A stretch of 64,000 nt of DNA, from NCBI RefSeq assembly GCF_006345805.1, contig NW_021834237.1, positions 6,150-70,149 on the forward strand, read 5' to 3'. The DNA comes from Octopus sinensis. Taxonomy: Eukaryota. Each line of letters starts with the position of its first letter. Position 1 is the stretch's first letter. Position numbers and translations under genes: made by a program. This document shows positions 37,830 through 49,942 of this stretch, piece by piece. The notes under the pieces are model-generated. The model saw nothing but the letters and a program-made list of their open reading frames with translations, had not been told where the DNA came from and searched no databases.

Positions 37830-38104
37830 CATTTAGTAGTTTGGAAATGGAAATCAGACGAAATGTTCATGACGCGAATGGTTTTGACTATAGGTCAGCT
37901 ATGTCAAGGAAGATTTGCTGTTAAACAACATTATCAAAATTAACAACTGTAAGAATTATTGATGGCAGTCAAAATTATTGATGGATTGTTATCCAACTTT
38001 CAAGCAATCATTTTCTCCGCGGTTCAGACGATATACTTTGCGGTTCTTTTATATTTAAAGCTTATGAACTGTTAGTTTCGACTTCGTCTTTTACCTTTCC
38101 CTAG

Positions 38105-38569
38105 TAAACGTTAACAAAGGGGATCTACTACGAGCAGCTTGAGAGTTTAAGTCAGCGCTAGAAGAAAAAGGATCATCTTTGGTTTCAAAATGAAAGGTGT
38201 TCTTCCATCAAGATAATGCTCGTCTACATACAGCGAGGACTACATTCCAAAGGCTGGAGCGATGCCCCCCCCCCCCCACCATATTTGCTGGATGTTGCCC
38301 CATCGAATTATCATTTTATCCGCCGTCTACAAAATCATTTGGACGGAAAAATATGAATTCTGTAGACGAGGTCAGAACAGTACTGGAGGAGAATTTTTCA
38401 TCACGGACAAGTGAATTTTGGAAGAGGGGCTTTGCAAGTCTACCAGATAGATGGAAGAGCATTGTAGAAAATGAAGGAGAGTATATTTTAGATTAAAAAG
38501 GAACTTTGTTTATTTTAACTTTGAAAAATAAAAGTATAAAAACCGCATTATTTATGGGATGGCTCAATA
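38105..38569 (+). mobile_element. Mariner transposase 3' relic with probable right TIR
   Basis: FHQDNARLHTA, frameshifted PPY.LDVAPSNYH, FWKRGFASLPDRWKSIVENEGEY; ends gcattatttatgggatggctcaata. Confidence 0.85.
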
Positions 38570-38726
38570 CAATCCAGAGAGGGGGGAAGACAAAGGGAGA
38601 TAGAGAGAGAGAGAGAGAAGGAGATGGTGCGGGAAAGAGAAAGAGAGAGAGAGAGGAGAGAGGAGATAGATAGAGAGAGAGAGAGAGAAGGAGAGAGGAG
38701 ATAGATAGATAGAAAGATAGATAGAT

Positions 38727-38821
<95 letters not shown>

Positions 38822-39153
38822 AAGTGAGAGAAAGTGAGAGAAAGCGAGCCGAAGACTGGACTAATACTCTATCGATTCTGAAAGAATGAAAGCCTGATGG
38901 CTCATCGATTTGGCCGATTCGATTTGGTCTTACGTAATATGGTAATTGGAGAAACAGTTGGGCATTCATTTAATTATCGCTTATATTTTATTGTTATTAC
39001 GGCAAAAACTTCCATTGTCCCAGGGTCGATAAAATAAAGTGTCAGTCCAGTTCCTGGGCTGATATATTCTACTTTTCTTTTTCCTCATATTCGTGTGTTT
39101 TCTTTTTCAATTTTAGAAATCATTATGGACTCAAAAAATTATTAGTCATTAGT

Positions 39154-39572
39154 GGCGCCGGAGTGGCTGTGTGGTAAGTAGCTTGCTAACCAGCCACATG
39201 GTTTCGGGTTCAGTCCCACTGCGTGGCATCTTGGGCAAGTGTCTTCTGCTATAGCCCCGGGCCGACCAATGCCGTGTGAGTGGATTTGGTAGACGGAAAC
39301 TGAAAGAAGCCTGTCGTATATATGTATATATGTATATATGTGTGTGTATGTGTGTTTGTGTGTCTGTGTTTGCCCCCCTAGCATTGCTTGACAACCGATG
39401 CTGGTGTGTTTACGTCCCCGTCACTTAGCGGTTCGGCAAAAGAGACCGATAGAATAAGTACTGGGCTTACAAAGAATAAGTCCCGGGGTCTATTTGCTCG
39501 ATTAAAGGCGGTGCTCCAGCATGGCCGCAGTCAAATGACTGAAACAAGTAAAAGAGTAAAAGAGTAAAAGAG
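39154..39572 (+). mobile_element. SINE family A, full-length
   Basis: Complete head, core and (gtaaaaga)3 tail. Confidence 0.95.
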
Positions 39573-39669
39573 AATGCTCCTAAAGTTACAGGAGAAAAAG
39601 CGTTAGTAGGAACTTTGTAATGCTTAATAAGCGGCTTTGTGGTATTTAGCTACATCTTTTTGCATTGTC

Positions 39670-39812
39670 CCAATTTCGGTACTTATTTCATCTACCCCGA
39701 CACGATGCGAGGTATAGTCGACCTTGAAGAATTTGCAATCAGGACGTAAAGACGAACGAAATACTGCTAAGCATTTCGTCCGGTGTGCTAACGGGACTGC
39801 CAGCTCGCCGGC
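39670..39812 (-). mobile_element. Diverged SINE family C head
   Basis: gctaagcatttcgtccggtgtgctaacg..ctgccagctcgcc on +. Confidence 0.7.
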
Positions 39813-40273
39813 TCCCCAATACCAATAATAATGGGAACATTGAATCAACCAACTTCACGTTTCCCATAAATTTGTAGCCTTGTAAATTGTGTAACATTAA
39901 GGAGCAGTGGAGAGACTAGCGGATACTGCATCATTGCTTTTAACTTCGTGCATTCAATTTTTATTTCAAATTCCGTTGGGTTTGATCTTGAAGGTTTTTC
40001 TTGTATCAAATAAGTACCAATTATAACCTGAGCTCATGTCAATCGTTTACAACGATTTTCCTATTAACATCTGACTTTCTGTTAATAATGTAAAATTATT
40101 ATTATTATTATTTGGCTTCGCGAAATTATTATTATTTGACTTCGCAAACCGTAAAATGTAAGAAATACTTTTAAACTAATGGCCGCGGACAACAACCATG
40201 CGTAAAGTAAGACCAGAAAAAATGTCCCTTAAGAGACAGTAAAAGAAAAAAAGATGAAACCACACAGCGAGTT

Positions 40274-40389
40274 TTCTTCTTCTTCTTCTTCTTCTTCTTC
40301 TTCTTCTTCTTCTTCTTCTTCTTCTTCTTCTTCTTCTTCTTCTTCTTCTTCTTCTTCTTCTCTTCTTCTTCTTCTTCTTCTTCTTCTTC
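40274..40389. repeat. (TTC)n microsatellite
   Basis: Direct inspection. Confidence 0.95.
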
Positions 40390-41018
40390 TCCATCCTCCT
40401 ACTTCTCCATCCTCCTACTTCTCCCTTTTTATATTTTTTATGTCATTTGCTTCATTTAATCTTTGTTCCCCTCCAGATACCATCGGAGTGCTACCACCCA
40501 CCATAACCACCAACAGAAGTGTTGTTATCTCTGTCTCTGAATCTGCATTTAACTTTTTAATTCTTTCTTTTACATTGAATCCTCTCCGCCTCACTCTCCA
40601 CCACTAATCTTACCTTTTATCTAGTCAGCCCTTCCTCAGCTCACTGTCTCTTTCTTATGGTTTCTATATTACCCCTCTCATCTATTATCTCTACGTCTTT
40701 CCATCTTTTCTCTTGCTTACCCTCCCTCCCTCCTTCCCTCTCCTACTCTTTCTTTCTCTCTCTTATACATTTAGAATCTCCTCAGTAAATGCTTTTTTTC
40801 CATTTCACAATATTTCCCACTCACAACCCCTATATCCCTTCTCACTACTCTTTTAGTCCCAACGTAAATGTGGGATCCTCAGAAGTCGCACGACCTTGTA
40901 GGAATAGTAGCCAAATTACTTTTAGATAACAGTCTGTGCCTCTTTAAAAAGAAGGACAAATTGGAATCTGAGAAATACAGCATCTGAATCAAACAACCCA
41001 CTTAGCAAAAATAAAAGA

Positions 41019-41123
41019 CATTCTAGCCATGACCATCCTGGTTTTATGCTTGCTTTTTCTGTTTGTTTGTTTTTTGCTAACAGAAAAAGCAAGCATAAAA
41101 CCAGGATGGTCATGGCTAGAATG
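41019..41123. repeat. Perfect 45-bp inverted repeat with 15-nt loop
   Basis: 41019-41063 is the exact reverse complement of 41079-41123. Confidence 0.95.
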
Positions 41124-41353
41124 CCTTTCCTCAAAAGAACTGAACAAATAAATCCATTCATTCATTTATTTGCTCTCCTATTAATGTACTCATCTTACTC
41201 TTTTTTCTTCTACTCTTCTGAATTCCTCATTTCTGTTTCCTTGCTCATTTGACGGTTTACACAACTTTTAAAAAACAATTTTCCAATCCCTCTTTTACGG
41301 CTTTAAAAAAAAATATATATTTCCTGATTCTTCCACCCTCTTTCCAACCAAAT

Positions 41354-41748
41354 GGATGGATGGATGGAAGCACTCCGTCGGTTACGACGATGAGGGTTCC
41401 GGTTGATCCGAATCAACGGAACAGCCTGCTCGTGAAATTAACGTGTAAGTGGCTGAGCACTCCACAGACACGTGTGCCCTTAACGTAGTTCTCGGGGACA
41501 TTCAGCGTGACACAAAGAGTGACAAGGCCGGCCCTTTGAAATACAGGTACAACAGAAACAGGAAGTATGAGTGAAAGAAAGTTGTGGTGAAAGAGTACAG
41601 CAGGGATCACCACCATCCCCTGCCGGAGCCTCGTGGAGCTTTAGGTGTTTTCACTCAATAAACACTCACAACGCCCGGTCTGGGGATCGAAACCGCGATC
41701 CTATGACCGCGAGTCCGCTGCCCTAACCACTAGGCCATTGCGCCTCCA
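41354..41748 (-). mobile_element. SINE family B, full-length with (TCCA)n tail
   Basis: Nearly identical to 21769 and 30274; ccaaccaaat repeated at both ends. Confidence 0.95.
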
Positions 41749-42221
41749 ACCAAATAACTTTCATTAAATGGCCTGATGTATACATTTCATCATCCTTCAT
41801 ATCTTCTCCTGTATCTGCGAGTTAGAAAGTGCAGTACGGCTATAGTGTCCTAGATAAGAAATGATTATGCCCTATGCAATCGCCATATGGGCATTTGAAG
41901 CTATTTACATAATTTGCAATATTCCTAAGAATCCAAACGTTTGTACTCTGTGTATAGCATAAAAATAAACATAATAATTGGGAAGCTTCCTAAAACATGA
42001 TAATTTATAATCAATGAATCAAAATAGAATACAGAATTTTATATCGATATTTCTTTCAAACAAAAAACAGACACATCAGGGAAGTGAAGCTTGTATGATT
42101 TGGCAAGATCTGTATGATAAGATGATATCAAATGTGAGAAGCTTTATCAAACAAATGAAGGTTCACCAAGGTTCACATTTAATTGGTTAAAACTTGACTA
42201 ATGATGGATATAGTACAACTC

Positions 42222-42593
42222 TTAGTGGAGGCGCAATGGCCCAGTGGTTAGGGCAGCGGACTCGCGGTCGTAGGATCGCGGTTTCGATTCCCAAACCGGG
42301 CGTTGTGAGTGTTTATTGAGCGAAAACACCTAAAGCTCCACAAGGCTCCGGCAGGGATGGTGGTGATCCCTGCTGTACTCTTTCACCACAACTTTCTCTC
42401 ACTCTTACTTCCTTTTTCTGTTGTACCTGTATTTCAAAGGGGCCGGCCTTGTCACTCTCTGTGTCACGCTGAATATCCCCGAGAACTACGTTAAGGGTAC
42501 ACGTGTCTGTGGAGTGCTCATCCACTTACACGTTAAATTCACGAGCAGGCTGTTCCGTTGATCGGATCAACCGGAACCCTCGTCGTCATAACC
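42222..42593 (+). mobile_element. SINE family B, full-length
   Basis: Head gtggaggcgcaatggcccagtgg; gtacaactc repeated on both sides. Confidence 0.95.
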
Positions 42594-43469
42594 GTACAAC
42601 TCACCATTTGTACAGTAACTGAAAGTTAAAGTGAAACTAATTGGAATATAGATATGTGCCTTGGATCTCTGTACCTAGATCAATATAGTTCTCAATGACG
42701 GAATGTCTTTAAAAGATTAAATAGATTTTTGGAAAATATATTTTGGAGCATATTGAACTGTCAGATTTTAAACAGATTAAAAAAACAAAAAAACTAATGA
42801 TCTGACGTCTCTTCGATATTAAGGGTAAAAAAAATCATAAAAAACATTGTTCTGTAAACTTTACCGACAGACTTGGGGATAATATCAGTCAACACTAATG
42901 CTACTTCTTGCTTTCAACATCGATACCCCATTTTGTTATGTCAGCAGTCCAATTTTAATTACAGTCTCTCACTGAGGTTCAAATTAATTTCGTGATGTCC
43001 TCTAGTTCACCTCTCAACTTGAGTAACATAAAAAAAAAAGAGACGACTGTGATCGCAGAGCGTTATAAGAGATGACTGATTAACTTACCTTCACAATATT
43101 AATCATTAACATAACGTTTTTATGATTATCACACACGGAATACGATTGAAACTATGTGATTAGTCAACTTTAATAATCATGTGGGAAAGAGAAAGAGAAA
43201 GTCAAAGAGAAAGAGAAATAAAGATCGATGAACACTGAAATATCACAACAGGAAAATGTAAATCCAATGGAGTCAGTTCAGAATTCTAGCAGATAATTTA
43301 TTGTATCTCAATGCCATTCTTCTTGACTTAAGCACCAGTAACATTACATACACGGGGACTCATTAAGTTAAGTCCGGGGCCGCTTCCATTTCTAACTTCT
43401 CTAAACATCTTAGCTCTTGAAAAAACATGAACGACTCTTTCTCCATTGGAAGCTGTAGATTTTTCTTTT

Positions 43470-43709
43470 TATCTTTTTTATCTTTTACTGGTTTCAGTCA
43501 TTAGACTGGGCCATACTGGAGCAGCGCCTTGAATCTTTAGTTGAATGAAACGACCCCAGTACTTATTTTTCATGCTTCGTACTTATTCTATCGGTTTCTT
43601 TTGTCGAACCACAAAGTTACAGGGACGCAAACACACAAACACTGGTTGTCAGTGGTCGTGGAGGGACAAACGCTGACACGGAGATTCACATGCATATATA
43701 TATATATAT

Positions 43710-43770
<61 letters not shown>

Positions 43771-43960
43771 CATACATACATACATACATACATACATACA
43801 TACATACGACATGCTGTTTTCAGTTTCCGTCTACCAAATCCACTCACAAGGCTTTGGTCAGTCCGAAGCTATAGCAGAAGACACTTGCCCAAGGTGCCAC
43901 GCAGTAGGACTGAACCCGGAACCATGTGGTTTGGAAGCTAGTTTCTTATCACACACAGCC
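43470..43960 (-). mobile_element. SINE family A, diverged full-length copy
   Basis: Tail, expanded TA/TACA core and head all recognisable. Confidence 0.85.
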
Positions 43961-44967
43961 AACGGTTTCTACTAGAATTCACCGAGAAATAGTTTATATA
44001 CTGAAGCAACGCTGCTAGCAATTGTACTGATGTCTGTCGTATACACCATAATTAGAATGATACTAAACATGTGCTATTTTGGGAAGATGTACACTTTTTT
44101 AAACATTCAGTACCAGGCCGCAATATGTAGATTACTATAAAGTATATATGTATATATATAAGCTAAACTACCTGTGACCCGTTGGGTCACCGGGAAACTC
44201 TGAGTTTCCCAGCAACAGAGTTTTGTTTCGTGGGTTGGAAAGATCTGGCTGCTATTTTTTGCACGCCCTGCTACCACGTAACAGGAATTTCGGGCCCTTT
44301 ATCGCAAATAGCTGTTACATTGTAGCAGGGCGTGCTAGAAATAGCAGCTAAATCTTTGGAGGGGAGATACGTTGAATGCACTAAAAAAAAACTATTTCAC
44401 ACTGAGGTTACGTAATATCTACCGTATCTTAAAAGTTATTTTCACTTTAGAATATTTTTAAATATGCCAAAAGAATTCTTTGTAATGATATTCACTTGAA
44501 AATAGTAAAAAAAAAACAACATAAAAATATTGTCTGTTTAAAGAAAGCTAAAATATAAATACTTACTGTACAAACAACTTACATTTTTGAAATAACATTC
44601 ACTTTAAAATATTTCTAAATGATTAAAATATTGTGTTTAGCAAAAGCGACAATAGAAATTGTAAAAAAAAAAAAAAAAAAAAAAAAATCGTTTTGTTTTC
44701 GTTGTCAACTCACTGTCTAGTAGAAAGATAAGAGTTTCTTCCGTTTCAGAATGAAGATTATTTTCGGAACATTTTCCGATTATGCACCATTTTGGGTATT
44801 TATAATCTGAAAATTTCTAATATCTTGAAAACTACTTTACCGATTCACGCGAAACTTGTTTCATTCGATTCGTATTAATATTCAGGGTAAACTTAATTCT
44901 GGTATTTCCCTATTACGTGCCAGTTTCGCTGAGTAACATTACAAGCAAGAAAGCAAGATTGAAACTG

Positions 44968-45885
44968 ACTTTTGAATGAGGGAAAATTTGAGCTGATGCA
45001 TTTTGGAAGAAATTCCTCACTAAAACAACCATACTCTCTTCCTTCAGGGGAACCGCTCACAGCCTCTAACAATATCAGAGACCTGGGTGTAATTGTTGAT
45101 GACGATCTCAGTTGGAGTGCACACATCAACATGAAGGTCGATATAGCTCGTAGGATGAGTTCCTGGATCTTAAGAACTTTCCGGTCCAGAGAACAAGGTG
45201 TCATCATACCACTTTTCTCCTCTTTTGTACGGCCACACCTTGAATACTGCTGCCCACTGTGGTCTCCCCATACAAAACAAAACATCTCCAGGATTGAATC
45301 ACCCCAGAGGGCACTCACTAAACGAATTGAAGGCATGGCTGCTCTCGATTATTGGGATCGCCTTAAAGCCTTGAAACTTTACTCCCTCCAGCGTCGCCGT
45401 GAGCGGTGCATCATTTGTACGATGTGGAGAATATACCGCCAACTTTGCCCAAACGACCTTAACATTAGCTTCAAGGTTCATCCAAGACTGGGACCACGGG
45501 CCATACGTCCCCTGCCCAATTCAAGATCACAACATACATGTACACTGCAACATAATTTCTTTTCCTCAACAAGCCCTGTCCTATTTAACATTGTCCCGAG
45601 GGAGATCAAAGAGGAAAAGGATCCCATCAACTTTAAACGGAGTCTGGATAGATTCCTTCAAAGAATACCAGATAAACCACCCATAATTGGATACAACTCA
45701 CCTAACAAGAACTCACTACTTGAACAAAGTTTGATACAACTCACCCAACAAGAACTCACTATTTGAATAAAACTTGACTTAAACAGGATTCGAATAATCC
45801 TATCAGGTGGTGCTATTAAGTTAGACATGGCCTAGACCAATCTTTGGTTGAAACATATCTAAGTTATCTAAGTTATCTAAGTTAT
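44968..45885 (+). mobile_element. 5'-truncated CR1-group LINE 3' end
   Basis: ORF 44972-45766: RDLGVIVDDDLSW, FVRPHLEYCCPLWSPH, LYSLQRRRER; tail (atctaagtt)3. Confidence 0.92.
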
Positions 45886-45911
45886 ATATATATATATATA
45901 TATATATATGT

Positions 45912-46120
45912 AAAGTTAATCCAAACATGAAAGCACAAAAAAACACAACAACGCGAGGACGTGGAACAAATATAGTATTATTGGACGCTCAGGAAAGAAG
46001 GAAAGAAGGAGGGCTTAACGTTTCGAGCGGAGCTCTTCGTCGGAAACATAGGAGAAGGAAAGATCCAGAGAAGGGAAGACAGAGGGAAAAAAATCGCCAA
46101 CGGTACACACGCGGTCACAT
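45912..46120 (-). mobile_element. ~205-bp TA-inserted repeat with minimal hammerhead (PLE terminal-repeat-like)
   Basis: Second copy at 49738-49942; both flanked by (TA)n. Confidence 0.8.
46013..46047 (-). ncRNA. Minimal type I hammerhead motif
   Basis: gttt-CCGACGA-a-gagc-tcc-gctc-GAAAC-GTT-aagc. Confidence 0.65.
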
Positions 46121-46175
46121 TTATATATATGGACTACTGAATTTTAATCTAACTTTGGCGTGGAATTAATCAAAT

Positions 46176-46526
46176 TAAGCATGGATGTGGCTAAGAGCTT
46201 TGATTCCCAACCACATGCTTTCGCGTTCAGTCCCACAACGTGGTACCTTGGGTACTATAGCCCTAGACCGACCAAAGCCTTGTGAGTAGATTTGGTAGAC
46301 GGAAACTGAAAGAAACCAGTCGTATGTAAATATAAATATATATTTATTTTGTGTGTGTCTTTGTCTCCTAGCACTGCTTGACAACCGGTATTGGTAACAG
46401 CTGTTGGGTAAAGAGACTGATTAAATAAGTACAAGGGTCGATTCATTCAACTAAAATTCTTGAAGGCGCTGCGCCATCATGGCTGCAGTCTAATGACTGA
46501 AACAAGTAAAAGATAAAAGATAAAGA
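46176..46526 (+). mobile_element. SINE family A-related, diverged
   Basis: gttcagtccca, gatttggtagacggaaactgaaagaa, gactgaaacaagtaaaaga. Confidence 0.85.
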
Positions 46527-46529
46527 TCT

Positions 46530-47790
46530 GTCGGAAGTTTTCGATGTAATTATTCAAGAATAGTTGGTGCAAGTCTTCCAGTCGACCATATTCCATATAT
46601 TCAGGATCACAATGACTTATTCTTGATATTTGTTCGATCATCAAAGTAGATAACCTCGCTGTACAATTTGGGACAAAACTTGACATCTGAGAGTAGGGCT
46701 ATCAAAGCAGGTTGAAAAAACAAAACTTTTGAAAGTGTTCAATGATTTGATAGGAATATTGATGAACAACAATGATGATTAGGGCACGAAATAAACATAG
46801 TTGAAGAATTCGGCACATACTACCGGTTGATGTAGAAGTATTTAGCTAGTTTACATCATCTGTAGAAATTTGTGATCGGTTATTGTTGTGCATCCAATGA
46901 GTCGTCCTTGTTGGAGCGGTCTTATAAAGCTTGCATATTGTAAGCCGAACAACGAATCCATGTCGTCAGATATCACATGTCTCATGACATGTGATATACA
47001 ATTCGACATTGTGTCTGGACATGTACACTCTCCATGGTCCAGTGATTTCTGTAAGTCTGCAAATTTCGGTGGTGACTACACCATAGGCGACTGTTGCTAT
47101 TTTTCTGAATTTATTGTTGGTGTACATCCCAGCACAGTATTTGAGGCCAGTAAGGTTATTGATGTTGGAGCTATTCCTGTGCTTTAGCAGCTTTCTTTTT
47201 GCGTAGAACTTAACTAAGTAGATGAGAGGATAGAGACTTGTGGTTTCCTATTCAAATCGCTGCATGTTCTGGCGATGTTCTGGATTATTAGATCAGTTGT
47301 TAGTTTGTTAGGCAACGCTTTGTGTTGTTTAAGATGGTGTTGAAGACTCTTTGTATTAATGGAAAATAGAATGAACTGGAAACCTTTGTTGACATCGATG
47401 TTAGGTATCATGTCTATAATCATTACGTTCAATGTATAATATACAGCAGTGTCTATGTTGGAAATTGTTGTGTTGTTGAATTCTAAAAAAAAAAAAGCAA
47501 AAACAAAAAAAACTTGACTCTTTTTCTAAGGTGAATTCGTTTTATTCGGTGTTTTTGAAGTTTTTAACGATGTTTCTGTTTTCAGTTTTGTAGTTAGTTT
47601 CGTGAAATACGTGTGTTGTTGCGAAACACTTACAAAGCATTCGAAGTTGTGATGATATTATGTAAACTCCTTTTGTTATCTCTGCTATTTGAAAACTAGA
47701 TGCTGATTGCGTTGAAATCCTTTCAATGATCCTGAGAATGTCAGTGTTGATTGGTGTGTGAAGTCTGGTGGGAAGGTTGGTGATTTTGGT
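46530..47790 (-). mobile_element. Highly decayed Penelope-like reverse transcriptase
   Basis: Ordered degenerate motifs LPTRLHTP..LRII, DMIPNIDVNKG, a Q..G..MG-like region and ISDD; many stops and frameshifts. Confidence 0.5.
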
Positions 47791-47893
47791 GGTAGTATAT
47801 ACAAACTTATCTACATATATACATACATACATACATACACACATTCATATCTATATCTATACCTGACTCTCTCTCTCTCCCTCTCTATCTATA

Positions 47894-47947
<54 letters not shown>

Positions 47948-48330
47948 ATCTATCTATCTATCTATCTATATCTATATCTATATCTATATATATGCACAGC
48001 ACCACCGGATTCACCAATCTTCTCACCAAATTGCACAGTATATATATATATATATACACACACACAATCAACAGGTCAAATCTAGAGATACTCAATGTAG
48101 AAAACATAGTGTAGTACTCAAATGATTTGAACTTAAACTCCGAAGCCTTTATCAAGGTCCAGACCCACGATGTAATGAGTAGCTATAAGGGAAATCCAGA
48201 TGAGCTGATATGGAGATAGTGATACAGATAAACATGATTAGGCTTGGTATGTATAAATATACATACATTACACACACACACACATACACACACACACACA
48301 TACACATACACACACACACACATACACACA

Positions 48331-48361
<31 letters not shown>

Positions 48362-48371
48362 CATATGGATA

Positions 48372-48715
48372 TATGTAGTGGGCAGCGATTTTCTTCACTA
48401 CTTCAGGGAGTGACGACCCTGTCTGACACGAGTCCCGGGCTCAGCTGGCTCCAGCTGACAGTACCCGATATGGGCCTCTATCCAGGGCTACGGAAAAGAG
48501 ACAACCTTCAGAGAAATCCAGGTGGGGCCCCGTAGGCGGTTTAGTGTTCTATTCGACACTCTTCCGGCAGCTCCTGCAACCAAGCTGGTGCCAAACGTAA
48601 TGCTCTGCACTCCTTTGGATTACGTCAGCAAGGTCGAGAGATGAATCCTAACGATTGGGCTACCCAGGATTTTCTTACATCTAGCCCAGGCCTGCACAAA
48701 ACTGGAGAGGACATG
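48372..48715 (+). mobile_element. GC-richer segment resembling an RTE-type LINE 5' UTR
   Basis: caagctggtgccaaacgta..cctttgga resembles RTE 5' regions as I recall them; no second copy in the window. Confidence 0.35.
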
Positions 48716-48963
48716 AAATGTAAAAACCAGACTGGATTAGTTTATGCGCAAATCCATTGTCTCTCGAGACAAAAGGATGTCAACAATGTAGATACAAAAA
48801 CTAGATATATTCAGAAGATAAACATGTGTACAAGCTTACGGAAATTATATGTATTGATAAATATGAAAAATACAGAAAACTAGAGGGCGAGGAAGATATG
48901 TTGAGGTAGAGAGAAAGTTACAAAGAGAATAGATAGATAGATAGATAGATAGTATATACATAT

Positions 48964-48998
<35 letters not shown>

Positions 48999-49029
48999 CA
49001 TATACATACATATATATAAAAAAAAAATA

Positions 49030-49390
49030 TATAACCTACTTGGAAGTGGATGCGTGGCGTTCGATCATATAATAACAAATTAATAAATAAAACATATGCA
49101 TACATACATACATATATGTATATACCTACATCTATATGTATATATATACATGCATATATGGGTACAGGACACCAAAAAAAAACGTAGAACACAACGAGAA
49201 ACGAAAACATAAAAACAAAATCATGGAAACGGACTTTTTCAAACAACGAAAAAACAGAGTACAAGACATACAACACAAGGAACATTCCCCTTCTTCAGCT
49301 GCCCCTGCTTCGACTACTCCGTGTTTCGAAGGTAAGGGCAAGACACGACTTCATTGAAATAATCCTTCCCGCTAAGCAAATTAAATAAAA
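49030..49390 (-). mobile_element. Permuted-hammerhead repeat family copy
   Basis: Homologous to 37435 and 55951; 3' end ccaagtaggtt next to a TA-rich tract. Confidence 0.8.
49287..49347 (-). ncRNA. Candidate non-circularly permuted hammerhead ribozyme
   Basis: cgtg-TC-ttgccctt-a-ccttc-GAAA-cacg-(13 nt)-aggggcag-CTGAAGA-a-gggg. Confidence 0.68.
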
Positions 49391-49737
49391 GGCAGGTAGG
49401 CAGGCAGGTAGGTAGGTAGGTAGGTAGGTAGGTAGGTAGGTAGGTAGGTAGGTAGGGAGGTAGGTAGGTAGGTAGGGAGGTAGGGAGGTAGGTAGGTAGG
49501 TAGGTATGGATGTATGTATGTACATATATATGTTGAAAATTTATGGCGAAAATATCAAGGCACGAAATGAAGTGAAAAGAAAGTGTAATTATTAGTTAAG
49601 CGCTAAATGAATGATCAGTGAAAAAAGAAATGGAAGCATTCTAGACGTTTCGAGCTAAGAATCTTTCGAAAGATAGATAGACGCGATATTATATATATAT
49701 ATATAATTATATATATATAATATATATATATATCTAT

Positions 49738-49942
49738 ATAGTTAATCCAAACAAGAAAACACAAAAAAAACACAGCAACGCGAGGACGTGGAACAAATAA
49801 AGTATTATTGGACGCTCAGGAAAGAAGGGAAAAGACGGAGGGTTTAACGTTTCGAGCGGAGCTCTCGTCGGAAACATAGGAGAAGGAAAATCCCGAGAAG
49901 GAAGACAGAGGAAAAAATCGGCAACGGTACACACGAGGTCAT
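49738..49942 (-). mobile_element. Second copy of the ~205-bp minimal-hammerhead repeat
   Basis: Aligns end to end with 45912-46120. Confidence 0.8.
49842..49875 (-). ncRNA. Minimal type I hammerhead motif
   Basis: gttt-CCGACGA-gagc-tcc-gctc-GAAAC-GTT-aaac. Confidence 0.68.

Noticed and set aside
42225-42300. tRNA-like sequences at SINE heads
   Set aside because: Always attached to SINE bodies, often with TSDs; not free tRNA genes.
48372-48480. Possible HDV-like ribozyme at a putative RTE 5' end
   Set aside because: Only one hairpin (cagctg-gctc-cagctg); I could not build the double pseudoknot. An Infernal or RNAMotif scan would settle it.
49630-49680. gctcGAAACGTC on the minus strand, resembling another minimal hammerhead
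   Set aside because: No intact CUGANGA or stem II 5' strand; at best a decayed relic.
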